DNA of 32,000 nucleotides from Candidatus Hermodarchaeota archaeon (GCA_048886185.1 JBHLKY010000027.1:1-32000); one strand, 5' to 3'. Positions 8,890 to 18,164 are shown, numbered from the stretch's first letter. The notes: generated by a model from the sequence alone, not told the origin. Numbers and translations are program-made.

Positions 8890-11120
8890 GTGATACGATT
8901 TTTAACCGTTTTCCTGCATTCATTCAAGAATGGATTTACTCTCATGGGTGGGAAGAATTACGTGATATTCAAATAGCTTCTGCTCAAGCCATATTTAATA
9001 CAACAGCACATATCCTATTAGCAACTGGTACTGCTAGTGGAAAGACTGAAGCAGCTTTCTTACCTGCTTTGACACTAATTCATGAAGATCCCCCCGCGAG
9101 TATTGGAATACTTTACATCTCACCTTTAAAAGCTCTCATTAACGACCAATTTAATAGGATAGAAGAATTGCTAGAGGAGGCAGAGATCTCAGCTTGGCCA
9201 TGGCATGGTGATATTCCTCGAAATCTTAAAAGAAAATTAATAGAAAATCCTAGTGGTGTTCTTCAAATAACGCCCGAATCTATGGAAAGCTTGTTGATTA
9301 ATAGACACCAAGAATTACGTAGGATGTTTGGTGATCTTCGATTTGTGATCATAGACGAAGTACATGTCTTCATGAATGAAGAGCGGGGAACTCAAATCTT
9401 ATGTCAATTAGAACGTCTTGGAACAATCATTGGATTTCATCCCCGTCGCATCGGTCTTTCGGCAACTTTGAGCGATTATAGCTCAGCAGAAAAATGGTTA
9501 AGTTCAGGAACAAACCTTCCAGTGATTACTCCAAAAGTACAAGGATTAATCAAACGAATAAGATTAGCTGTTGAGAATTTCATCAATCCCAATCCTAATC
9601 CTTCTGGAATAATGCAATATGGTGAGGGTGGTGAATTAGTTGCTCCTACTTCAGAACCCTCCTCTGAACCTTATCCCTCAAGTCAGTACTTATTTGATCA
9701 AACACTGAATCGGCAATGTTTGATTTTTACTAATACTCGGGAAAGAGCTGAAAGTACAATTAATAGCCTAAGAGCAATAGCTAATCAGAAAGGATACCCA
9801 AATCGGTACTATGTTCATCATGGAAGTATTTCTGCGACCCTTAGAGAAGAAGCAGAGACAATCATGAAAACAGGAGACATTCCTTCAGTAACTGCATGTT
9901 CAGTTACTTTAGAATTAGGTATTGATATTGGATCATTGGAAAGGATTATCCAAATTGGTTCTCCACGAACTGTATCTTCGTTTCTCCAAAGATTAGGAAG
10001 ATCCGGTAGAAAAGAAGCAGATGTCTCTGAAATTCTTTTTATTCATTCTGAAGAAGAACCATCAGATAATAAACCACTTCCCTATCTTATCCCTTGGGAA
10101 TTAATACAATCTATTGCAATCATTAATTTATACTTAGAAGAACGTTGGATTGAACCAATCCAAGAATTAAAATCCCCATTTAGTTTGTTATATCACCAAA
10201 CAATGTCCTCTCTAGCTTCAGCGGGTGAACTCTCTCCACAGACTCTAGCCCAGCGCGTATTATCCTTAACACCATTTAAACACGTTACTCAAGATGATTA
10301 TCGGATTCTTATTCAATATCTTATTGAATTAAACCATATCGAGCAGATTGAAGATGGTGGACTGATAATTGGTTTAGATGGTGAACGAGTTGTACGCAAC
10401 TATCGGTTCTATGCTGTTTTTCCTGATGTCGTAGAGTGGACGGTAAAGGAAACAGAAGAATTTGATGAAATAGGTAAAATTGGGCAATTATTTCTTCCTG
10501 GTGATCGGTTTCCCTTAGCTGGTTATACTTGGGAAGTTAAAGAGATTTATCCAGAACAGAAAATAATTATAGCTTCAAAAGTGGGCGGTCGAACGCGCTA
10601 CTTCTGGCCAGGAGGTATCGCCCCTGTGCATACTAAAGTCCTTCAACATATGCGAAAAATCCTATTTGAAGACAAATTTTATCCTTATTTACAACCAGGT
10701 GCCATTGAACGAATTCAACAGGTTAGAATGCTTGCTTCTGAAGTAGAGATGGATAAGAGAGCTCTGTTTCAACTTGCTGGACATAAATTTGTTCTTCTCC
10801 CTTGGGCTGGATCGACTTCATTTCGTACAATTAGAAGAATTCTAGAATTACATTCTGAAGAATTAGGAATAAGAAATATAAGTGAACAGGCTCCATATTT
10901 TTTCTTATTTGAAGCTGAAGATCAATCAAGAGAGAGTCTTGAATCAGAGATTAAGAACTTATGTGAAAGTATTAGATCATCCGCTGAGCTCATCAAAGAG
11001 GATGAGATCTTCCTTTGGCGGAAATTTGATCAATATATTCCTACAAAACTCCAGCAAAAGACGTTAATGGATGATTATTTGGATTTGGAAGAGTTAAGAG
11101 AAATTATTAAGAGCTGGTGA
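8886..11120 (+). CDS. Lhr-like SF2 DEAH-box helicase (BrxHI-type), copy 1
   Basis: Motif I TASGKT, Ia SPLKALINDQ, II DEVH, III SAT, V TLELGIDIG, VI QRLGRSGR, plus a winged-helix region. ATGA overlap at 8886-8889. Confidence 0.93.
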   Translation: MSDTIFNRFPAFIQEWIYSHGWEELRDIQIASAQAIFNTTAHILLATGTASGKTEAAFLPALTLIHEDPPASIGILYISPLKALINDQFNRIEELLEEAEISAWPWHGDIPRNLKRKLIENPSGVLQITPESMESLLINRHQELRRMFGDLRFVIIDEVHVFMNEERGTQILCQLERLGTIIGFHPRRIGLSATLSDYSSAEKWLSSGTNLPVITPKVQGLIKRIRLAVENFINPNPNPSGIMQYGEGGELVAPTSEPSSEPYPSSQYLFDQTLNRQCLIFTNTRERAESTINSLRAIANQKGYPNRYYVHHGSISATLREEAETIMKTGDIPSVTACSVTLELGIDIGSLERIIQIGSPRTVSSFLQRLGRSGRKEADVSEILFIHSEEEPSDNKPLPYLIPWELIQSIAIINLYLEERWIEPIQELKSPFSLLYHQTMSSLASAGELSPQTLAQRVLSLTPFKHVTQDDYRILIQYLIELNHIEQIEDGGLIIGLDGERVVRNYRFYAVFPDVVEWTVKETEEFDEIGKIGQLFLPGDRFPLAGYTWEVKEIYPEQKIIIASKVGGRTRYFWPGGIAPVHTKVLQHMRKILFEDKFYPYLQPGAIERIQQVRMLASEVEMDKRALFQLAGHKFVLLPWAGSTSFRTIRRILELHSEELGIRNISEQAPYFFLFEAEDQSRESLESEIKNLCESIRSSAELIKEDEIFLWRKFDQYIPTKLQQKTLMDDYLDLEELREIIKSW

Positions 11121-13399
11121 GGGGTTTGGCCTCAGATCAATTCTATCGACTTGCTCCATGGATTCAGGAGTGGATTTATCGACAACAATGGGAGGAATTT
11201 AGACCAGTTCAAGAAGAAGCGTGTAAAGTTATTTTCGATACTCCTCACCATCTCCTATTGGCAACTGGGACAGCTAGTGGGAAAACCGAGGCTGCATTAT
11301 TTCCAATCTTGACTTTATTAGATGAAAATCCTTCTATGAGTGTAGGTGTTTTATATATTGGACCACTAAAAGCGCTTATCAATGATCAGTTCCAGCGAGT
11401 GGAGGATCTTCTCCAAGAGGCAGATATCCATGTTTGGCGATGGCACGGAGATGTTCCTCAGAGTCATAAGGCCAAATTAGTACGTAATCCAAGTGGGATA
11501 CTGCAAATCACCCCGGAATCGTTAGAGAGCCTCTTGATCAATCGGACGACTGATTTAAGCAAGCTCTTTGGTGATTTACGATTTATAATTATTGATGAAG
11601 TTCATGCATTTATGCCTCAATTTTCTGATAGAGGGAGGCAAGTTATTTGTCAACTTGAACGTCTACAAGGCTACATAAATAAAATTCCACGAAGAGTGGG
11701 CCTGTCTGCTACGCTTGGAGACTACTCATACGCAGAACAGTGGCTTGCTTCAGGCACTAATTTTCCTGTTGTAACTCCGATTATAGAGGAACCAACGAAA
11801 AAACTTAGGCTTGGTATTGAACATTTTACTGAAACAACATGGCATCGAGCAAAGATGAAAGGGCAACCTCCAGCACGTGGACTAGACCTACCATCACATA
11901 GATGGATCTTTGATTTGACATTAGGAAGGAAATGTATAATATTCCAGAATGATAGAGAAAGAACTGAGCTCGTGACTCATGGGTTAAGAGAAATTGCTAA
12001 ATCGAAAGGTTTACCAGATGTGTATCATTCTCACCATTCATGTATTGCAGGACTCCTTAGAGAGGATGCAGAGGAGTTTTTGAAAGAAAAGAATGGAGAT
12101 CCCCATATTGTCGCTGCAACAATGACACTAGAATTAGGTATTGATATTTCTGATGTTGAACGAATTATTCATATTGATAGCCCACATGCTGTATCAACTT
12201 TTGTGCAACGATTGGGAAGATCAGGGAGGATAAATAACGCCTCCGAGATGTTCTTTGCTATTTCAGAGAATCCTAAAACCGCTCACACCCCCCTTGCATA
12301 TCAACTTCCTTGGCGATTGTTACAGGCTATAGGTCTTGTCCAACTCTATCTTGATGAGCGGTGGATTGAACCTGCTCTTCCACTTAAGAAACCATTCTCG
12401 ATTTTATTCCATCAAACTATGTCAATTCTAGCTTCAGCTGGTGAACTCTCTCCTCAAGCGCTAGCCAAAAGAGTGTTGTCTCTGAGTCCATTTAAGAATA
12501 TTTCTATGTATGAGTTTCGTGCCTTACTCAATCACCTGATCAAAAATGAATTCATCGAGCAGATTCAAGAGGGTGGGTTAATTATTGGACTTGCAGGTGA
12601 GAAAATTGTCCGTAACTACCGGTTTTTCGCAGTCTTTCGCGATTACGCTGTTGATTACTCCATTAAGGAGGGAACCCTTGAAATTGGACATATTGACCAA
12701 CTTCTAGAACCAGGTGATCAATTATTAATTGGGGGGTATCCCTATCGTATAACTCAAGTTTACCCCAAACAAAAGGTTATGCAAGCTGAAAAAATAGCTG
12801 AAAAACCATTTTATGTGTGGCCAGGGAGATTGGCTCCCGTTCATACCAGAGTTCTTCAACGAATGCGGCGCTCTCTCTTTGAAGATCAAAGCTATTCATT
12901 TCTTCAGAGGGATGCCCGAATTCGACTTGAGGAGGGACGCTTATTTGCAAAAGCACAGCAATTAGACAAAAAGGTCTTATTGCAAGAGTCAAGAAACAGA
13001 TATAGTTTACTACCGTGGATGGGATCCACATCATTCAGAACACTTGTGCGTATATTGAAATTTCTGGGTTCCGACACTTTAGGTATCAATTGGTTACAGC
13101 CTGAACCTGTTACGACAACTGAACCCCACCTTCCAGTCCATGTAATCCAATTTGAAACTAATAGTTATAATAACGTTAATTCTCTTTATATGGATTTGTA
13201 CAATCTCGTAGAAAGTGTTACTGAGAAAGACTTACATCAACTCTATGAGCAAACTGAAAAGTTCATTTATGAACGCTACCATCATTTACTTCCTATAGAA
13301 TTGCAACGGGAGGTTTTAGTTCATAACTATCTAGACCTCAAGGAGGTTAAACACATTATTCGTACGTGGGAGGATTACTCCGTTTATTGGCAAAATTGA
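11117..13399 (+). CDS. Lhr-like SF2 DEAH-box helicase (BrxHI-type), copy 2
   Basis: Same motifs (TASGKT, PLKALINDQ, DEVH, SAT, TLELGIDI, QRLGRSGR) and collinear with copy 1 over its full length. GTG start overlaps the TGA of copy 1 (GTGA 11117-11120). Confidence 0.92.
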   Translation: MRGLASDQFYRLAPWIQEWIYRQQWEEFRPVQEEACKVIFDTPHHLLLATGTASGKTEAALFPILTLLDENPSMSVGVLYIGPLKALINDQFQRVEDLLQEADIHVWRWHGDVPQSHKAKLVRNPSGILQITPESLESLLINRTTDLSKLFGDLRFIIIDEVHAFMPQFSDRGRQVICQLERLQGYINKIPRRVGLSATLGDYSYAEQWLASGTNFPVVTPIIEEPTKKLRLGIEHFTETTWHRAKMKGQPPARGLDLPSHRWIFDLTLGRKCIIFQNDRERTELVTHGLREIAKSKGLPDVYHSHHSCIAGLLREDAEEFLKEKNGDPHIVAATMTLELGIDISDVERIIHIDSPHAVSTFVQRLGRSGRINNASEMFFAISENPKTAHTPLAYQLPWRLLQAIGLVQLYLDERWIEPALPLKKPFSILFHQTMSILASAGELSPQALAKRVLSLSPFKNISMYEFRALLNHLIKNEFIEQIQEGGLIIGLAGEKIVRNYRFFAVFRDYAVDYSIKEGTLEIGHIDQLLEPGDQLLIGGYPYRITQVYPKQKVMQAEKIAEKPFYVWPGRLAPVHTRVLQRMRRSLFEDQSYSFLQRDARIRLEEGRLFAKAQQLDKKVLLQESRNRYSLLPWMGSTSFRTLVRILKFLGSDTLGINWLQPEPVTTTEPHLPVHVIQFETNSYNNVNSLYMDLYNLVESVTEKDLHQLYEQTEKFIYERYHHLLPIELQREVLVHNYLDLKEVKHIIRTWEDYSVYWQN

Positions 13400-13415
13400 T
13401 AGTTGATTTTATGTG

Positions 13416-14420
13416 ATGAAAACAAAAGCAGTAATCAATAAATTATTGGCTTCAAAGGATCCAGCCATTCAATTAAAGGTGCATCTACGCTTATTAGGAA
13501 ATGATTATAAGAGTCGTGAAGTTCAAAAAATTGCATCAATAATCAAGGAAAGGTCACCTGTAGTATCAGGATTATTTAATGCCCTCTCAGCTCAAGAAAA
13601 GTTATTTAAAATTAGAAAAGTTGGAGAGGGTCGTGTTTATAAAAAATGGGAGGGAATTCATTGGGTTTTGGCGGACTTGGCGGATATCGGTTATCCCCCA
13701 GGAGATCAAACATTACTAACAAGCATAAAGCTTGAGTTAAATTGGTTATTAAGTAAGAAGCGTTGGGCAAGCAAGAAAACAATTAATAATCGCAGAAGAT
13801 TCTGTGCTTCTCAAGAAGGAAATGGATTATTTTCAATTATTTCATTAGGACTTGCCGAATATGTATGGGAGGCATGTACAACACTCGCAGATCGTTTAAT
13901 TACCTATCAATGGGAAGATGGAGGATGGAATTGCGATGTACGGCCTGAGGCAATAAATTCATCTTATCATGAAAGTGCTATTCCACTAAGAGCATTGAAT
14001 ATCTTTGAAAGAAAAACAAACGATCAAGTAGCAAGAAAAGCAATTGATCAGGCGTCAGAATTGTTTCTCAAAAGACAATTCTATAAAAGAAGGAGTACCA
14101 ACAAAATTATTGATAAACAATGGACAAAATTATCATATCCTTCATATTGGATGTATAATATTTTATTTGGATTAAAAGTGATTGCTGAATGTGGGAAAGT
14201 TAAAGATCACCGTTGTAAAGAAGCGTTAAAATTACTTGAATCCAAAGAACTCACCGAGGGGGGATTTCCAGCAGAAAAAAGGAATTTTTTTAGAAATAAG
14301 AGGTCTCGTTATTCTCCAGTCGATTGGGGAGAGGTGAATAAAAAGAAAATGAATGAATGGGTTACAATTGACGCGTTATACATCTTAAAAGAAGCAAATA
14401 GGATAGATGTGGAAATATAA
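13416..14420 (+). CDS. Uncharacterised alpha/alpha-toroid (prenyltransferase/squalene-cyclase-repeat-like) protein
   Basis: QW-like repeats (YQWEDGGWNC, KELTEGGFPAE) and 'YKKW.G.HWVLA.LADIGYPPGD'. The ATG at 13416 is preferred over the GTG at 13413. Confidence 0.6.
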   Translation: MKTKAVINKLLASKDPAIQLKVHLRLLGNDYKSREVQKIASIIKERSPVVSGLFNALSAQEKLFKIRKVGEGRVYKKWEGIHWVLADLADIGYPPGDQTLLTSIKLELNWLLSKKRWASKKTINNRRRFCASQEGNGLFSIISLGLAEYVWEACTTLADRLITYQWEDGGWNCDVRPEAINSSYHESAIPLRALNIFERKTNDQVARKAIDQASELFLKRQFYKRRSTNKIIDKQWTKLSYPSYWMYNILFGLKVIAECGKVKDHRCKEALKLLESKELTEGGFPAEKRNFFRNKRSRYSPVDWGEVNKKKMNEWVTIDALYILKEANRIDVEI

Positions 14421-14442
14421 ATCTATATTTTACTCAGAAAAA

Positions 14443-15717
14443 TCATGTTATTCTTTTAAGTTTTTCTAATACTATATTATATGCGTTTCTTTCTAACTCT
14501 TCAAGTAAAGTGCTTTTCTCATTTAGGAAAATATCAATGATATAGGGATGAGCGGCTTGAGGAATGTTAAGTGCCCTAAATTTGCTTTTATCTAGTTTAA
14601 AAACATCTTGTGGATGTTGTTCAAGAAAACTCACTGCTTTGTTTAATTGATATGTTTCACTGGAGGATTGCTCACGAATAATGCATGACTTAATGTAGGC
14701 AGCCCTAAGCAATATTTCAGCAAGTCGGAGATTATTCTCAACCCGTCCAAGAGGGATATATCGTTTTGATGCATATGGAAGATTGAGTTCATGGTTATAT
14801 TTGAACGCTTTTATCTCTGGATAGATAAGATTGAGCTTTTTTAACTGAAAGTGATCTAATGTTCCATATTTATTGTTGTTTCCATATAATTGTCGATATT
14901 TAGATAAAAGATGAGGATAATGTTTTTGGATTGTACGGAAAAAACTTACTTTATTTCTACCAGGTTTGAGGGTTAATGACCAAACATACACAAATTCAGC
15001 ATCTACTTCTTTAGCTTTTTGAAAGATAGCTTTCATATTTTCGTCTGTATCGCCAATAAATGGCAAAGGGGGGTAAAAATATATCCCTGAATGAATTCCT
15101 TCTTCTCTTAGTTTCTTTATTGCGTATAAACGCTCTGATGTTGGACTGGCTCGGGGTTCAAAGATTTGTTGAGCTTGTTCATCCATTAAAGTAATACTGA
15201 AGTTTACTGCAACAAAATTACTCTCATTTATCTTTTTTAATATATCTAAATCTCTTAAAACAAGGGTACTCTTTGTTAATATTTGTATAGGAACATTATA
15301 CATCTGGGCAAGGTGTAATAATGTACGAGTCATTTTAACCTGTTTCTCTGCTGGTTGGTAAACATCACATACTCCCCCTCCAATAAATAGAATGAATTTG
15401 GGTTTGGGGTACTTTTTTGATCCTCTTAATTGTAAATGGGAGTCTAATGTAGAAGAGTGATAAGTTGAATATAATCCCTGCTTTTTCAAAAATCGTTCAA
15501 GCAAGTGGGGGGCATTCTTTTTGACACGAATTCGATCACCAAAATCCTCATGCATATGATAAACTTCAGATTTTCCATCACAATACTGACAATCGTGATA
15601 GCATCCTTGATAAGGATTGAGGTAGTGTTCAGACCAAGAAAAGAGTGATGGTGAGCTCTTCCGCATCAAACTTTTGGCATTATACTCTTCTATGATCATA
15701 TAGCACTCACGTGTCAA
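14443..15717 (-). CDS. Radical SAM protein, SplB/spore-photoproduct-lyase-like family, with a C-terminal helical extension
   Basis: LNPYQGCYHDCQYC (CxxxCxxC), DVYQPAE, ILTKS..VLRDLD and FEPRA...ER motifs. The true start may be the second Met (MIIEE). Confidence 0.85.
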   Translation of the reverse strand: MTRECYMIIEEYNAKSLMRKSSPSLFSWSEHYLNPYQGCYHDCQYCDGKSEVYHMHEDFGDRIRVKKNAPHLLERFLKKQGLYSTYHSSTLDSHLQLRGSKKYPKPKFILFIGGGVCDVYQPAEKQVKMTRTLLHLAQMYNVPIQILTKSTLVLRDLDILKKINESNFVAVNFSITLMDEQAQQIFEPRASPTSERLYAIKKLREEGIHSGIYFYPPLPFIGDTDENMKAIFQKAKEVDAEFVYVWSLTLKPGRNKVSFFRTIQKHYPHLLSKYRQLYGNNNKYGTLDHFQLKKLNLIYPEIKAFKYNHELNLPYASKRYIPLGRVENNLRLAEILLRAAYIKSCIIREQSSSETYQLNKAVSFLEQHPQDVFKLDKSKFRALNIPQAAHPYIIDIFLNEKSTLLEELERNAYNIVLEKLKRIT

Positions 15718-15763
15718 TTAATTATAGTCAACGAGAATCAAAATCTTGAGTATTTCTATACTT

Positions 15764-16456
15764 TTAACTCCAGATCAAAATTTCAGAGAGAGATTTTCTT
15801 TTTATATCTGGTACTTCAACATTTTCCTTGGGATATCCAACAGGCATAATTACAAATGCTTTCTCGTTTTCAGGCCGACCTAAGAGATCTCGTAGAAAAT
15901 TCATGCTGATGGGGGTATGTGTTAATGTTGCCAAGCCTGCGTTATGGATGGCTAGAATTAGCATTCCGACAGCAATTCCAACGCTTTTTATTACATAATA
16001 ATTCTTTCTTTTTTTATTATTTTCATCAAGATGGTATTTTTGCTGAAAAACTACAATCAAATAAGGAGCTATTTCGAGAAATGGTTTTTCCCAACTAGTA
16101 CCTAAAGGAACCAAGTCTTGACGCCATTCATCTGAAATTTTGTGTTCATAAAACTCCTTTTCTTCTAATTCTGCAGCTAATCGGATCTTACGTTTCAGAT
16201 CAGAGTTACTTACAATCACAAATGTCCAAGGTTGCTTATTGGCACCTGATGGAGCTGTCCCAGCAGTTCTAATAATATATTCAATTATAATTCGAGGAAT
16301 AGGCTTATCAGAAAAGTTTCGTATTGATCTTCGAGAATTGACAAAATCATACATTTCAATAGATCTTTTAATCATTTCATCTTCAGTATAAGTGTGAAGG
16401 TGAAAAGGAATAGAGGCATACTTTTTTACCATTGAACTCAACTTTGCTTGATACAA
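15764..16456 (-). CDS. iyd: Nitroreductase superfamily, iodotyrosine deiodinase (IYD)-like
   Basis: RRSIRNF, TAPSGANKQPW, lid region AAELEEKEFY...W..DL..LGT.WEKPFLE.AP, AGLATLTHTP, PVGYP. Confidence 0.8.
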   Translation of the reverse strand: MYQAKLSSMVKKYASIPFHLHTYTEDEMIKRSIEMYDFVNSRRSIRNFSDKPIPRIIIEYIIRTAGTAPSGANKQPWTFVIVSNSDLKRKIRLAAELEEKEFYEHKISDEWRQDLVPLGTSWEKPFLEIAPYLIVVFQQKYHLDENNKKRKNYYVIKSVGIAVGMLILAIHNAGLATLTHTPISMNFLRDLLGRPENEKAFVIMPVGYPKENVEVPDIKRKSLSEILIWS

Positions 16457-16549
16457 GCTGTATATATTTAAGATTAAAGAAATATTCCGAATTTATAAAT
16501 AATCTGTCGCATAGAAGTGTGATTAACGCAAATACTCGAACTATGAGAT

Positions 16550-17272
16550 GTGTACCTGCTTTTATATGTGTTTACAGTGAAGGTAGATAAGTCTGCTAGT
16601 ACTCTCACTAGCATGTTTAACTCATTAGCAAGGTACTATGACCTCATGAACGATGTAATGACCTTTTTTACTCATAGACATACAAAAGAAATTGCAGCAC
16701 AACTATCTGGCTTCAAAGTAAATGAACGGGCTTTAGATCTTGCAACTGGTACAGGAGATCTAGCATTATTATTACGTAAAAAGTCTCAGGGGACTGTTAT
16801 TGGAACTGATCTATCTGAAAAAATGTTGTCAATTGCAATTAAAAAATCACAAACCATAGAAAAAGAAATATCATTTGCTCTAGCAGATATTAATAATCTA
16901 CCATTCTCAGATGAAACTTTCGATGTGTGCATGATTGGTTTTGGGATTCGTAACGTCCACAACCCATTAAACACCATGAAAGAAGTGGCCCGTATCACAA
17001 AAAATAGAGGCCGATTTGTGATCCTAGAAGCCACTCCTCCTACCAATTGTTATGTGAGATTTCTTGGTTTATTCTATTTCAGAAAATTAGCTCCACTATT
17101 AGCAAAAGCATTTTTATTAAATTCAAAAGCCTATAATTACCTGGCAGAGAGTATTTCACAATTCCCAAAAGCTTCAGATTTCTCGAAAATAATTAAACAG
17201 GCCGGTTGGAAAAGAGTTTATTATTATCCATTATATTTAGGACTCGTTACGATTTTCTTAGCTATCAAATGA
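16550..17272 (+). CDS. ubiE: UbiE/MenG-family SAM-dependent (demethylmenaquinone) methyltransferase
   Basis: YDLMNDVMTF, SAM motif LDLATGTGDLA, DLSEKML, LPFSDETFD, FGIRNV, AYNYLAESI..FP. The start codon is uncertain (GTG). Confidence 0.85.
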   Translation: MYLLLYVFTVKVDKSASTLTSMFNSLARYYDLMNDVMTFFTHRHTKEIAAQLSGFKVNERALDLATGTGDLALLLRKKSQGTVIGTDLSEKMLSIAIKKSQTIEKEISFALADINNLPFSDETFDVCMIGFGIRNVHNPLNTMKEVARITKNRGRFVILEATPPTNCYVRFLGLFYFRKLAPLLAKAFLLNSKAYNYLAESISQFPKASDFSKIIKQAGWKRVYYYPLYLGLVTIFLAIK

Positions 17273-17291
17273 AAATGCATACCAGGGATAG

Positions 17292-17990
17292 CTACAATCC
17301 AGAAATTTGTTGTTTCAGAAGAGAAAAAAGTTCATCAAATAGTTCATGAAATCGGGGGTTGATTCCATTGATTAATTTTAGAAAATCGTATAATACACCT
17401 AGATTGAGGTTTTCTTCAACAATTAATTCTTCATGTTCTACTAACCAGTTACCCAATACTTTATAGTAGTGTTGTTTAGTTTCTAGCAGTTTTTGTGGGA
17501 GCTCGGAATAATCTCTGGGCAAAGAAATATCTAATAAGCCTGCAAGTTTTTTAAATTCATCAAACCGTTCATTATATTCAGATATACTAACTTCCTCACT
17601 TGAAACGAATAGATTTCGTGCCACTCTTCCGAAGTACTTTACTTTATTTCTCCCATAACGCCCTTTCTGCAGTGCTGTAACAATTTTGATAAATCCCATT
17701 TCTTGCAGGGAATCCAAGTGGAAATAAAGATTCGTAGGACTCATAATAATATCTTTTCTTTGCCTCAACAAATCTTTGATTTCTTGCACATTGAGAGCAT
17801 GTCGTACCGTAGATCTCCCGTCTGGAGACTTATCTTCTATCCCTTCTCTGAGAAGTTTTACAATTTCCCTTTTCACAGGGTGAGAATAGTACTTATCTTT
17901 GGAAACATCAAGATATTTGGAGGAAGGGATCTCATGCCAATGATCAAATAAAACTTGTCGATTTTCAGCCATATTATTATCACTTATCAA
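17292..17990 (-). CDS. Winged helix-turn-helix (ArsR-like) transcriptional regulator
   Basis: HPVKREIVKLL...LNVQEIKDLL...TNLYFHLDSLQEMGFIKIV...KYFGRVA. Confidence 0.75.
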   Translation of the reverse strand: MISDNNMAENRQVLFDHWHEIPSSKYLDVSKDKYYSHPVKREIVKLLREGIEDKSPDGRSTVRHALNVQEIKDLLRQRKDIIMSPTNLYFHLDSLQEMGFIKIVTALQKGRYGRNKVKYFGRVARNLFVSSEEVSISEYNERFDEFKKLAGLLDISLPRDYSELPQKLLETKQHYYKVLGNWLVEHEELIVEENLNLGVLYDFLKLINGINPRFHELFDELFSLLKQQISGL

Positions 17991-18164
17991 TTATTTTTAT
18001 TCTAAAGTTATATTAAGTTCCTTATTTGTATAATATAATTTGATGTTCGCCACAATCGAAAACTATAAATCAATTTTTACTTTTCTAATATTCCTTGAAA
18101 CGATACTTTAATTTTCAAGAATTATTTGAAACGTCAGGAAAAAAGTGTTTAGGAGAATTATCAT

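Noticed and set aside
4079-13399. Complete BREX (type 2) system
   Set aside because: PglW, PglX, PglY and PglZ are absent from the window; only the BrxD/BrxHI-like pair is shared.
11117-13399. Second helicase as an assembly duplication
   Set aside because: The copies differ extensively in protein and DNA sequence and have distinct indels.
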